A stretch of 64,000 bases of DNA. Origin: Geosiphon pyriformis uo1 (Eukaryota > Fungi > Glomeromycota). Shown piece after piece: positions 38,251 through 50,880 of this stretch. The stretch is taken from positions 496,001 to 560,000 of the forward strand of contig JAAOMT010000690.1 of assembly GCA_016748015.1 (NCBI GenBank). The letters run 5' to 3'. Within the stretch, counting starts at the first letter, position 1. The number at the start of each line of letters is the position of its first letter. Below the pieces are notes generated by a model. That model had not been told where the DNA came from, did no database searches, and saw only the letters and a list, made by a program, of their open reading frames with translations. The position numbers and the translations under genes were made by a program.

Positions 38251-40244
38251 TGTTTGTTTAACCAAGATAAAGATTTTAAACAGTCAAATTTACAAACCTT
38301 TTTACGAGAACTTTGACATATTTCCATACTTTTATTTTATTATAAGAATAAAAATAGCTTTTGAACGATACTATAAAAAATGGTTGTCAGCTGAATTATT
38401 ACAATTTTTACTTGATTTATGTTACTCAATTGATTAAAGGCTTTATTCAAATGTTTATTAATAGTGGATATTTTAAAAGAATTTTTTTTTTTTTTTTTGC
38501 AGTACCAAGTTTGAATATTAATTCGAATAATCTTTAAATTCGCCTTAATTGAATTTAAATCTTTGTAATAGAGTCAAAGCCAAACCAATCTATCTATTAA
38601 ATTTTATTATCAATTAGTCATTTCAAGATTATTTTTTTATTTTTTTATCCCACGACCTGGAATTGTACCAAGAAGAAAAAACGCTTTCTGCTGAAATTTT
38701 TGGGTGGTGGCGTGGTGATAACCTTAAAACATTATATGAATGAGTGTTACTATTTATAATCTTGATAATAATCCAGGGTTGACGTTTGATTTTATTTAGG
38801 TAATATATGTATTGATACGGAACATATGATGATCGTACAGGATTAAAGTTTTAGAATTAAAATCTAATACAAACTCACTAACCACTAAACTTTTAGCTTT
38901 ATACTAATAAATCAATTAATAATTATGAAAATAATTATGAAAATGGCACTAATATCTTTACTATAAATAAAGACTACCTCAAAAAGTAAATTATGTGTGT
39001 TAAAAAACGATGCCATTATGGAAATTAAGAAGTCATATTTTTGTCTTGTTTTGTTTTAGTTTGTTTTGTTTTGGTTTCACTTAAAATTTGAAAATTTTCA
39101 TCAAAGATGGCGTTCACTTTTAATAAAGATGATAGTCTCATTTAATCTTGTTGCTATTGTTGTTTTTGTTGTCGTCAAATTAAATAAAAAAAGTTTAACT
39201 CCTTTGGCAAAAATATTAAATTTTTTTCTAACCCAAAATTTTTAAAAATCCAAAAATAATCGAGAAACAAATTTTCTCTTGTGAAGACCAAGACTTTTTC
39301 ACGAGTAAATTACTGGATTGAGATGATCATGATGATCATGATAAAAATGTTGGTTTTTTGGCAAAGATTAACCAACACATGTTAGTTTTTGAACAATTTA
39401 TTGGATTTCAGGCTATTATGCTGGGGAAATGGAAAGTTTTCTGTAGATCCACCTTTCTTTTTTATATATATGCGGTTTTAACTTTGGGAAAGAGAATAAT
39501 ATGAAATTTGTAGTCACCACGAGTATTTATAGTTTAAACTCTCATTTTTTTATGGGAAAAAGGTAGTTATTAGATAACTTTTTTTAATTAAAAGGAAGTT
39601 GAAAAAATTTGATTTGCCGAAGGAGGAAAGGTAATCCTTGAAGAAAGGATAACTAATGGTTTTAAAAAATAATTGTTATAGAATTTTCTTCCCTGCGTAC
39701 GGATATTTCGGAAAAAAGCATGCTATTGCAGTTATATCCGGGTTTAAAGCAAGGATTTACAAATCATGAGAATAGGAATTTGTATATGCATGAACATTTA
39801 TTATTTTATTTAAACACGGAAAAAAAATAATTTATTATATAAATAATAAACTAATGCCCGTTAAATTTTGGTGGCTAAAAAAAAAATGAAGGCTTTATAA
39901 AGAATAATATTTAAAATAATAATAATAATAAATTAAAATAATAAATCAAATATTAAATAAAAAAATATAATATTTTTAAAAACCAATTTTTTAATGAATT
40001 ATTTTTGAATTCAAATTATATTTAAAAATTCTAATTAAAAAAAATAAATTGAAAATATTTTTAATATATATTTTAAGAAAATTCTTTTTGATTAAGTTTC
40101 AAATTATATGTATTTTTAAATCATTTAAATTAGATCTTAAAATAAGTATTTGCATTATTTTTCTTCTTTCAATATAACGTGATTTTATAGATTAAAACAA
40201 TATATCTCGATATGAATAATTTAAATAAACTAATAAAAATTAAG

Positions 40245-40248
<4 letters not shown>

Positions 40249-40309
<61 letters not shown>

Positions 40310-40353
40310 TAATAATAAATAATAATAATAATAGTAATAATATTATTATTATT
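40249..40353 (+). repeat. (AAT)n microsatellite ending in inverted (TAT)n
   Basis: Directly visible. Confidence 0.92.
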
Positions 40354-42652
40354 AAACCTCTTTCACTCGCTAGATGTTCTACATCCTTCACAAGATATTA
40401 AATAGCTGAAATATAGTCCTCAGCATAAATTTGTCCCTCCCTTTCGAAATCTAATCCGACTCACTTGAAATCTTGGGGAAACAAGCTGAAAAGATTCACC
40501 ATATTTTATAAAAATACTAAATTGTAAAATATCTATGTTTAAAGAATAGAGAAAAATGATCGTCTTTAATCATTATTCTGTATATACTATAGCTGACTAA
40601 ATTAAACTCGTCTGAAAACTATTACGTCAAACGTAGCATTCAAGAACTCTATCTTTAATCTTTTAGAAATCTGATAGTAAAAAGACCCCAACAAGATTCT
40701 TTCCTATTATTCTAACCACTTTGAAACCCATCCTTCGTACGTCAATTCTAGGGTCTTCAATGTTTCAATTACTGAATCAGGCGACCACTTTTTGTCATAA
40801 CCGAAACCTACTAATTTGAGATCTTTATAATCAAGATGTGGAGAACCCTTTTTTTTCAGGTGTAAGATTGAATTCAACCTAATTTTTAATTTTGATTATA
40901 ATTTGGTTTACATTATCAAATCTTGAAAAATAAGTACAGGTCAAAGAAATAATTTTGCTATGAAAAACTTTTGTCAATTTGTAAAAAAAATGATAAAGAC
41001 AGGTTATAAGAGTTTCTCATAAATTCCCCATTCGTATGATGGAAACTTATCGACCGAAAAAGATTTTCCATTTGTGTTTGAAATTTTTCTCATTAAAATA
41101 TATTTCATTTATAAATCATCTGATTTCAAATCTCCGAAATATATTCTTATAAATAGATTGACTTACAAGCTTTTTTCGAGTTTTGTACTCTTATCTAAAT
41201 TAAAAGAATTTAATCTCAAAATAATGAAATTTCTACAATGAGAAAGACAAAGTTTTGCTCCATCCATCCATCCATCCATCTGATAGATCCTATTATCGCA
41301 TCAAAGACTTGATATTAACATTATAGCCATCATAAAATATTTAATATTTAATTTAATTTTAATTATAATTTAGTTTAGCAAGAAACAAAAGCTTACCATA
41401 ATGGGGCGGTTGAAATAACACTTTAATAGAAATTTTCATTGAATAATCTATTGTTTTAACTAGATCTTGAGTGCTTTTAAATTTTTAAAACGACAAACAC
41501 ACGCATGTCAATTTTGTCACAATCTTGAGGTTCATAAGGGCCTTCCCTCTCATCATTCGAAGAGGTTGTTCAAACTGAACAACTGAAGCCATATAGATAA
41601 ATGATTCAACAGGACATAAATCTTCAACTTTACTCGAAATGGATATTTTTCTAGCAACTTTTTTGATTCTTACGAGATAAGAGATGCCCGCTCTAGATCA
41701 ATATTAGTATAAGAAAACTTGAGAGATTAGATTACAAAATCCTGATTTTCTTTTAGGTTAGCCCGATTTTTAAAATATTAAAATTATATATGCAACAACA
41801 TTAAATTTAATGAATTCTAGCAAATTCTTCTTTTGCTCACATAATATAATGCTTTTCTTTGTATAGATGAAATGCGCGCGCATGATACTTGCATTTTTTT
41901 TTTTTGTATGCCAACCTTAAATCACGGTAGCAGAATTTTTACCGCCAAACAATAACTTTTGTACCCTCCGGGCTATTCCGAATCCCGACGGTTAAACTCG
42001 ATATTGTTTCCGATCGATTGAGGGCAAAAAAATTTGCCAATGGGCTTGGAGCAATCCATCATCAGATCGTCGACAATAGTGAGTCGTACAATGCGTATAC
42101 AACATTTAGGCAACAAGCGTGATTCAATCCAAATGGAAGGATCTGCATTCGAAAAGCTTCACGCTGATGAATTCTTTGCTTCGAAAAACTGAAAGTTTTT
42201 CAAAGATATTTGTTTGAATGAAATGTATGCAGGGTCTTCGAGAAGCGTTTGACGTGCAAACTTTCTATAATCAATTATTAATTTGTGATTTATCAAAATG
42301 ATTTAATGATAATATTGGAATCTGTCAATGATTTCAATCCTTCATTGAATGATCAAAATGGTAACACCTAGGATTCCCATTCATTTAATTTCATTCATTC
42401 ATATTGCTTTTGCTTCAATTTCATCATGTCTTTCAAAAACTAACATGGGTTTCATCATTTCTAAAAAGAATTCACCAATTCTTGTAAAGGTGTTTTTTAT
42501 GAAATTAAGAATTTTTGTTTAATAAAACCAATGAAAATCATCTATTGTATATAGTAAATGTGCTATTGTGTCAAAATCAAATGAACAAAAATAGAAAATC
42601 AAAAAGAACTATGACTAATTTGTGCGGGTAACGCAGTTTGTCTGAGTTTATC

Positions 42653-42653
<1 letters not shown>

Positions 42654-42736
<83 letters not shown>

Positions 42737-42755
42737 TTATTCTTATTCTTCTTAT
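42654..42755 (+). repeat. (TAT)n microsatellite grading into TTC units
   Basis: Directly visible. Confidence 0.95.
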
Positions 42756-43228
42756 TTTTTTAATTTTCAACAGTTTTTTTTTAGCATGGGAGTTTTACTA
42801 ATTGTATATAGATTTATTTTAATGAAAGCTTATTTAAAAAATTAGTGGTCTGCTTTTTCAAAAATCATCTTAACAAAAAAAGTGGTACAGTCCAATTTTG
42901 TGACCAAAAACAAACCAACAGCGTTTATATATAATATCTCAATCATGCCTTTTTAAGTAGTTCATGAAGGCTGTTCTACACAAAAAGTCAAAAACAAATC
43001 TTGATGGAATAAAGTGTCAAAACAAAAAAGAATTTTAAAAAGAGCTCTCCATATATTAAAAGTTTTGAAAGAGCTTTTCTCGCTACCCAATATCAAATTC
43101 AGTTACTTGAAAATGATGTTATTCTTGTACATATAATAAAACTTGTTGGTGGAATTTGAAAGAACAAATAACTCGTTTTTATATCGTGTAACCTCCCAGT
43201 TCTACTTACCAAAATCCATCCTTATATA

Positions 43229-44687
43229 ATGGGTAAATGTTATTCAAAAGACAAATTGACACGAATAGATGACACCCACCCAAAATATTCAAACCCAACA
43301 ACTCCTCATACTACCCAGATCTCGAACTCCCCTAGTCAAAATTTTACTTCGGCTTTTCCCCAAACACCGCAGCACAGGTCACGTCTTCAACCACGGCGTT
43401 CTACTTCGTCTACCCATTCACGTCATGATACAAGAAGTTTACATCAGGGAATAGGTAGTCCTAATTACGAAGTATCCTCTTTGGGTGGAGCAGGAGCGTA
43501 TCTTATACCTGTATCAGATGAAGAAATTGATCGATTACAGATGCAGCATTATTTGTTTCGATATCTATGGCATGGAAATTATTCAGCTCCAGTTGAAAAT
43601 TGGTTGAAATTAGGTGGTGCTCAAGTTCTTGATGTCGGGTATGTAGTTTGGGAATGTGTGGGAAATTGTTTGATTTTTCGAAAATGAACTTGTCTCAGGA
43701 AATTATATCATTTTTTATTTTGCATAGATGTGGCCCCGGTTCATGGATTCTTGAAATGGCAACAACATATCAATTGTCTCATTTTACTGGAGTCGACATT
43801 TCACCCATATTTCCCAATGATATTAAGCCACGAAATGTTACATTTAAAGAAGGAGATATTACAAGAGGTTTAGATTTCCCTGACAATACATTTGATTTTG
43901 TAAATATGAGATCTTTGGGTATGGTCTTTACAGAAAGACAGTGGGAAGAAATTGTATTACCCGAATTAGTTAGGGTTACGAAACCTGGTGGATGGATTGA
44001 GCTGGTAAGTTTCAACTAAAATCTGTTAAAATATCTTTGAGGGTTTCGGAAATTTTAAAGCTCAAAAATATTTTTTTTACACACAAGATGGAAGAAGAGG
44101 GGATTTTGGAAAATCAAGGAATCATGACCGCGCAATTGCAAGAATGCTGTAAGAATGATATCTTGATTGTATTTTGTTTTTTTTGGATTAAAATTAATTT
44201 TTAATCTCTTTTCATTTTCCCAGATCATCACTTTATCAATTCAATAGGAATATATACCAACTTTATGTCACAAAAATTGCCAAGATACATGCAATCGACC
44301 AATCAATTTAAAAAAATATATCATAAAGAGACGCAGGTCCCTCTGGGCAAATGGAATGGTAAATTTGGCGAGCTTGTAAGTTATCATTTTAATATTTTTG
44401 TCAAATTTTTTAAGTTTCTGCATTCTCTCAAAGCGTAATGTTTTTTTTTTTTTAAATATAAGGCTATAAAAGATTTCGAATGGAAATATCATCACATAAG
44501 ACATCATTTAGTTCCATTCTCGAATATAACAAATGAAGAATACGACCGAATTCTTCAAAACACAATACAAGAAGTTGAAGAATATAAGACTTTTGCAACT
44601 AGTTTTCGATTTTTTGGGCAAAAAATTGGTGACGCTACGCAGGGTTTAGAATCAAAAGATTCTTTGACGTCGCAGCCAAATAAATAA
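43229..44687 (+). CDS. Class I SAM-dependent methyltransferase (LaeA-like family), 374 aa
   Basis: Exons 43229-43638, 43728-44004, 44088-44148, 44224-44375 and 44463-44687 (1125 nt). Motifs: YLIP..EEIDRLQMQH, VLDVGCGPGSW, GVDIS, LDFPDNTFDFV, RVTKPGGWIEL and PLGKW. Confidence 0.93.
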
Positions 44688-46780
44688 GAAACTTTCATCA
44701 AATTCGATATCAGCTGAGATGAATAGAAGTGATAAAGATTTATTGATGGGGATAAAGTTGAATGAGAAATTGGATTTAAAGGAGATAAATCGTGAATTAT
44801 CTAATTTCAGAGATAAAATAATTGACGGATCAATGATGAATTTTAATGTATAGATACACTCTACTTTCTTTTTTATAGAAATAACTCAAACAAAAGTATA
44901 TAATTATTACTATTACTATTATAAATATCATTATTACTTTTTGTAAAATTAAGGCTATTTAAATAAGTAACGTCTAATTTTTATATTAGAATCAAGTACA
45001 AAATGATACTACTTTCATACTAGTGTCGTGTTTTTTGAGATTTAGTAATCAAGAATAACAATGGCTAAAGATAAAATTTTTTGAAAAAAAATAAGAAATT
45101 GTAAAAGATATTTAAAAGATTTATTTGATTATAATAATTTGGGAAAGCATATTTGTAAAGATAAATATGATATTAAAATTCAAGTTAATGATTCTTTTTT
45201 AATGTAAAAACACTCGAATCTGAAAGTAAATCTGGATTATTGAACTTGTTGCCTTTTCTAAGTCTATAAAATAATCGAATTCCAAAAGTTTTCCAATGAA
45301 TCCAGAGCTTTTAAGCTTTCATGTCAGAGTAAAAAGCAAAAAAAGTTTAAGAACTCTTTTGGAATCGAGCTGAAATTAAATTAATTTCTAAAAAAAAAAC
45401 TTATTCATGGAATTAATAAATAAAATGTTTTTTCAAAAATTGAAATTAGTTAAGATAGTCTAGCATAGTGTAACTAGATTTAAAAAAGTATTTTTAATTT
45501 TAAGCAAGTTTATTTACAGTGATTAGAAAAACCATTGAGGTGCTATATCTCTTTTACTTTATCAAACCTTAAAACCTCTCTTGGAAAACTATTTTAAATT
45601 GATACGCAGATAATCTTTTATTGGTAAAAATTATTTGTTATCATTTAACGGTATATTAGGTTCCCACGCAGGGACTATTTACATTTACAATTATATTTAC
45701 ATTTGCATTTGCATTTGCATACACAATAAAATTGCATTTACATTTACATTTACATATATTAGCCAACTGTTTAATTTTACCTATTTGAAAACCCTCAGCC
45801 TAAATAAAATTAAAAATTAAAAAAAAAAAACTTTTTTTTAATTAATTTCTATAACTTTTGTCAATACTTTGAATTATTTTAACAACTTTTATATTTAATT
45901 CATTGTCAATAAAATAAAAAATTTATTTATTATAAAAAAGTTTGTTCAGAGATTTTAAAACAATTAACTTTTATATATTTATTTACTTGCTAAATTAATA
46001 ATATTAATAAATTAAATATATAAAAAGCTTATTTTATATATATATATATATATATATTAATTGTATTCAAAAAATTGTATACAAAAATTTATTTCTTTAT
46101 ATTTTTAAAAAATTTAATACTTACTTGAAATAGATATTATACATTAACAATAACTTTTGAAAAGAAATTTATTCCTTAATGATAATCATTTTAAATTTTT
46201 CATATAAAAATCACTGAAAGCACTTTAGATTCATTTTATTTTATTTTTAAACCTTTTTATTTAATTAGTCTAGTAATTTTTGTGCTTGTTCGGACTTAAT
46301 AATATAATCGAGTGATTGAAAAAAAATCTCCTATTAAAAATGTCCATTAAATATAATAAGCATTTTCAAGCCAAATCTAAATTATCATAAAACTTTATTT
46401 ATTTATTTTAAAGTTATTGATATAAAAGTTTTACTCAAACAATAAATATATATTGTTACCTTTTTCGGTAACAATATAGTCACTGAAAATTTTGTTTATC
46501 AAAATATCTACTTAAAACATTATTTTTTCTTTGGGAAAATTTTAATTTTCAAATCCATGCTTGATATATGTATATTGCTTAGTAAAGTAGCCATGTCTTA
46601 AGAATCAGAATTTGGAAATATCATTATTAATAATCATCTTTGATGGTAGGGGCAAAACATTTTAAGGATAAATGATTAATTTATCTTCTAAAAATGAATT
46701 AACTATTTGCTAAAACTTCCTTTTACAATGCTGCTGTAATTCCGCTAAGGTTCAAATCATTTTTTGTTTAGCAGAATTTA

Positions 46781-46831
46781 CCCCTCCCCCCTCCCCCTTC
46801 TCCCTTCTCCCTTCTCCCTTCTCCCTTCCCC
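46781..46831 (-). repeat. (GGGAGAA)n plus G-tract repeat, potential G-quadruplex
   Basis: Plus strand reads cccctcccccctcccccttctcccttctcccttctcccttctcccttcccc, giving at least eight G3+ runs on the minus strand. Confidence 0.75.
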
Positions 46832-47768
46832 TAGGTAAAATCAATATTTTAAATGAATTTCTGTCGTATTTTCTGGAATTTTGGATGAGTAAACATCTTG
46901 TTAAGGAAATTCTTCAAGAGAAATAACTTGATCTGTAAATTTAACAGAAACATAGAAATATAATCAAAATTGCATTTTTTGAATTCAGAATATTATTAAG
47001 ATATGGAATCTATTAAAAATAGAAAATAATATTTCTCCGCTTTTTCTTGATTATTTACTCTAAACAGGATCTGGTTAATACATGTAAATCCCAAAAAAAT
47101 TTTACAATTCCCCGGAAAATTGATCTGTTATCAGTGCTGATTTGTGTAACTCGCCAAGTATGACAGCAGCGTGTGGTCATAACAAATATAGAATTATGAA
47201 ATGTATGTTTATTCATTTATGGAGATTCGGAGAAATTGCTCAACTCACTATCCATACCTTTTTGAAGACGAACAACGCTGATCCGTGTCCCAATTTTATT
47301 CCTATCACTTATCAGTCATCCTTTCAAAGTTTTCACTTGACGATACCTGGTTTGATAGGATTTTTGAAGGCATTTTCCGAGCAAATGATAAGAATATATA
47401 AACTCTTTTTTCAATTTTGATCTCTGTATTTTCCCTTCGGAATATCCACATCATTAAATATTTATTATTGCGTTTTTCCTTTAAAGTTGCTCTAGATTCT
47501 TCGAAATTTGAAAAAACTCTAACCGAATTCTACTACCTGTGTGTGACAACTGCAGAGATCACAATATCTTTTTACTAGTAAGTCAGGTGATCTCTCTAAT
47601 CAGTGATCGATCTCGGCAGTCCCATTTATAGATTATGGCAATTCACGTATCAACCACAACGTTAACCCTTCTTTGGATATAAGGTTCCTTCTTCCTTTCA
47701 AACGGTAAAAAGCTGTCAAGAAAACCCATTAAATTTTATATAGTCAATGCTATCAAGATTTTGAGAGA

Positions 47769-50700
47769 ATGATTCAATCAGGGACTGTAACAAATTCTAA
47801 ATTACCTCAGCTGAAAATACAAAATTTCTTTGGTAAATATTTTTCAATTATTTGGCTTGACATATTTATCACCAACTAATTAATATTTGGGAATTTTCGA
47901 AATCTCAAACATTTTAACAGATATTAAATTGTCAAATGGAATTAAAAAAACTAAAGCAAGTTCAGTTGCACCGCATGGTAATATTCCAACAATGGAAATC
48001 ACATCACCAATTTCCCCTGACATTTGGACTCCAACTTTCGGAAATGTCACTTTACCAACCCCTGGAGATACCTCTGCACTCTTACCCCCACGAATATCTC
48101 CACGAGCTTCTTTTGGCAGCGTTGACAGTTTAGCCACGACAAATATGGGAGTTGCAGCGTTCGAAGTAACCATAACTTTCTTCCTACCCTTAATGCGAGA
48201 TATTAAACAAAAAGTTGAAAAAATTACAAGAAGATGTCAGGTAGCCGAACATCATCGTCGTGTATGCAGTGCATTATTAGATCGAGCCTTAATAGCTGAT
48301 GACGCAGTAAAATTTTTCGAAACCAAACAGCAAGAGGAGGAAGATTTTTGGCGATCAAAACATAATTTCTTGTGCGTACAACGACTAGGAGAGATTATCG
48401 ATCATATCGAAGAGTTCATCAGGAATGTTTCACAGTTGAGAAGATACAGACGATTTGTGAAGAGAAATAATGTACAATGCACTTTTGAACAGTTGGCAAG
48501 TGCCATTGATACCGTATTAAGCGAATTGAATGTTATCACACCAAATGCTGACCAATTTCAGATGGGTCAAGATTTGAAAGTGGTCGAAGAAGATGTCAAT
48601 GAAATGATGAAGGTAAAAGCGGAATTTTATTCATATCATTTCCTGTTCATATTTTGAACATTTACACTTACATAAAATTTGAAACTCCAAAAATTCGGTT
48701 CATATAGTTTCTACAAGAAATTCGTGGAGGTATTACGGATGCCAGTGGACAAGTGTCGCGGGAAATAGAAGAAATATACGCATTCAACGCAATGTTTCGT
48801 ACCAAAAAACCATTGCCACCTGGATTAACCCACTCGGCGAAAATTGATCCCACATCAATTGAAAGATTCAATCCACCTGTACAACCAAGTATGAATGTTG
48901 AAAAAGCAATCTGGCGCAATCGAGAAGTCGCACTTACACGTATAAAGCGAAAATTTAAGGATGAAGATGAAATTGGCAAAAACAAAATAAGAAACAACGT
49001 TGCAATCTTGAAAAAACTTGAGGCATCTTTCAATATCATACTATTTCATGGTGTCATTGAAGAATGGGATGAATCCAAACAACTTAAATCTTTATTTGTT
49101 GTCACCGAGTGGGCAGATCTAGGCAATCTAAGAGAATATTATAAAAATGCTGGACCTCTATCATGGACTAAAAAGCTTTCACTGGCTGTTGACGTGGCAA
49201 GGGCAATGAATTTTCTACGGGCTGTCGACATTTTACATCATGATCTCACACCTGAGTCTATTCTCATAACTGGAGATCACCAGGCCCAAGTATCTGGATG
49301 TGGAGTTAATTTTTTCCCATCAGATAGTCGACAAAATAGTTCTGATCGTATCAGCGATATGGTCGATAAGTATCGATACATGGCCCCCGAAAAATTAAAA
49401 GGTGACTTTCCTTATGATGTCAAATGTGAAATCTACAGGTTCGTGTTGACGATCGGGTCTTATATTTCTCTAATAACTTTGAATTAAACCTAAATTGATA
49501 TGCACATACATATGTATATCCCTAGTTTCGGTATGCTTTTGCTTGAAATCGCCGAAGAAAATATTCCATTACATGGTTACAATTATAATACAGTCATTGA
49601 AGCGTTAAGGGAGAACACTTACCGTCCACAAGAGTTATTTACAAGAACGAAAATGGCACCAAAGGACTATAGAGATCTCGTTTTATTAGGTAAAAAAAAA
49701 TTCAATAGCTTTCTTTTATTGTAAAATTCAAAACATTTCTACGTTTGTCTTTGAATATTCATAAAATTTACCACCTCACTTAAAGCCATAAATTACGATC
49801 GCAATCGACGCCCACCCTTTTCAGAGATATTCCTGAAACTAAACGCCATGTTAAAAAGGTGCAAAACAGCCCAAGCATTTTCAGCTACCGGTTTATCCCA
49901 ATTAGATTCCCCCATTTCTCCAGGCAGTTATGAAGGTGAGATTTTAATCGGTTTATCTAACCAAATTCGCAATGAACTAGAGCCAACTAGCCAGGAACCA
50001 ACTACAATATAGTATAGATCTTGAGCATTCGATTTATTTAAGGGTAATTATTGGCTTTGTATATTTAAGGCTTAAAAATAGATGGAAATTCAGTTTAGAA
50101 TTTTTGTAAAAATAGTTACACGAATCTAATAACAAAGGTTCATTAATTTTTTGTCTTCTTTTCAAAAAAAAAATTCGTTAAATTTTAGTTGTATTTATCA
50201 GTGATAACAAAGCAGTACTTAAAAAAGTGGAAGAGCCTGAACAAGCTGAAGAGATGCAAGAGAGTACATACCAAGATGGTGCCGAATTTGAAAATTTTGA
50301 CCCACTTGGACTATGTAAAAGGGTTGAATATCTCAATGTGAAGCCAGTGCAGGAATACCATAGGATGGAGCAAGTGGTGGAATTTCAAAAATCTGAATCT
50401 TTTTTGGCCAAATTAAATCCTGAATTTCCAAAGAATGAAGATATTAAAGAATTCCCAATAATGGAGCCAGCTCAACAATCACAAGGGGTTGAGATTGACA
50501 TCATAGATCCAGTTAAGGGATACCAAAGTATGGAAAAGGTGGAAGAAATTCAAAAAATTCAACATGCGATAAAGTTCCAAGGAGTTGAATTTTTGCATCT
50601 CGAGCCAATCGAACAACATCAACAAATTGAGCTTGTGGAAGAATTTCCAGAAGTTCAAAGATTGGTTTCTTCAATTGAAAGAGTTAAGGAAGGCGATGAA

Positions 50701-50880
50701 ATTGAAAATTTTGAGATTCATAATATTAAGGCAGTGAAAGAGAACCAAAGAGTCGAAAAGGTAATAGGGTTGCAAAGTTTTGTTGAGCAACCAAAGGAAC
50801 CTCTAAAAGGGGAACAAGAATCCTTTTATGAACCAATTTATTCCCAAGAGCCATTGAAGATTCAGAAAAAGTTGAAGTGA
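47769..50880 (+). CDS. MLKL-like protein: N-terminal four-helix bundle, TKL pseudokinase and acidic repeat tail (830 aa; 625 aa if the last intron is unspliced)
   Basis: Exons 47769-47832, 47921-48612, 48708-49438, 49526-49689, 49786-49935 and 50189-50880, all GT-AG and in phase. Helical domain FLPLM..I...CQVAEHHRRVCSALLDR resembles the MLKL_NTD-like domains of fungal kinases. Kinase motifs: FHGV, VTEWADLGNL, ILHHDL, YMAPEKL, CEIYSFGMLL and RRP. Read-through stop at 50010-50012. Confidence 0.85.

Noticed and set aside
40360-41700. Moderately GC-rich patches with short minus-strand frames (e.g. GSPHLDYKDLKLVGFGYDKKW)
   Set aside because: No consistent spliced model or recognisable domain could be built; possibly an old pseudogene.
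47880-49039. Antisense ORFs 47880-48173 and 48668-49039 (also 43779-44015, 32871-33122)
   Set aside because: Shadows of real genes on the opposite strand.
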